Origin: Verrucomicrobiota bacterium
GTDB taxonomy: Bacteria > Verrucomicrobiota > Verrucomicrobiia > Limisphaerales > CANJXF01
Direction: 5' to 3'
NCBI GenBank assembly: GCA_038214755.1
Contig: JBBQRQ010000115.1
Location: 1-15,776 of the forward strand
Length of the DNA stretch: 15,776 nt
Shown here: one piece after another, positions 15,638 through 15,776 of the stretch
Position numbering within the stretch: position 1 is the stretch's first letter
How the letters are laid out: each line of letters opens with the position of its first letter
Notes under the pieces: model-generated
The model's input: the letters and a program-made list of their open reading frames with translations, nothing else
Told to the model about the DNA's origin: nothing
Database searches by the model: none
Program-made: the position numbers and the translations under genes

Positions 15638-15776
15638 CTAGTCTAGTGTCCCATAAATGACTATACTTATTTTCTTCGCTTTTTCCGCTTTTTCTTTTGC
15701 GACCAGCCCGGCTTGATCGTTTCCAAGGCGGCTCGCCCCCGCGCGACCTTGTCCATGATTTTTTGAACCGTCGCGG
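15638..15776 (-). mobile_element. IS630-family insertion sequence, downstream end
   Basis: Terminal CTAGTCTAGTGTCCCATAAAT with a CTAG/TA target typical of IS630; contains the transposase C-terminus. Confidence 0.8.
15667..15776 (-). CDS. IS630-family transposase, C-terminal fragment (continues beyond the window)
   Basis: ATVQKIMDKVARGRAALETIKPGWSQKKKRKKRRK* resembles the tail that follows the IS630 'PFVWTA' motif. Confidence 0.75.
   Translation of the reverse strand, partial: ATVQKIMDKVARGRAALETIKPGWSQKKKRKKRRK

Overview
Bacterial DNA that looks like Verrucomicrobiota/PVC (inferred from a PEP-CTERM protein, a 'RRFYRVR'-type C-terminal domain and characteristic REP-like palindromes). Both ends of the window appear to run into IS elements. 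On the left, a probable IS end truncates an ALDH7-type aldehyde dehydrogenase; on the right, an IS630-family element interrupts a DUF4160 gene. The left half (+ strand) holds the ALDH7 remnant, a coupled PEP-CTERM / AhpC-TSA redoxin / large multicopper oxidase operon, a conserved 473-aa protein with HglS/DUF1338-like motifs, an unknown two-gene cassette, a Uma2 nuclease and a receiver-domain protein. The right half (- strand) is a housekeeping run (hisF 3' fragment, DMT/DUF486, hisI, membrane protein, trpE) with four toxin-antitoxin-type modules wedged between the genes. Most notable: (i) the TA modules sit beside duplicated or orphaned pieces of host genes (second copy of the DMT 5' end, hisF 3' end, half of a second Phd antitoxin), several have leaderless-type promoters, and no integrase or attC site is visible; (ii) four different REP-like palindrome families occur, one inserted in-frame inside trpE. 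All calls come from motif recognition by eye; no database searches were run.
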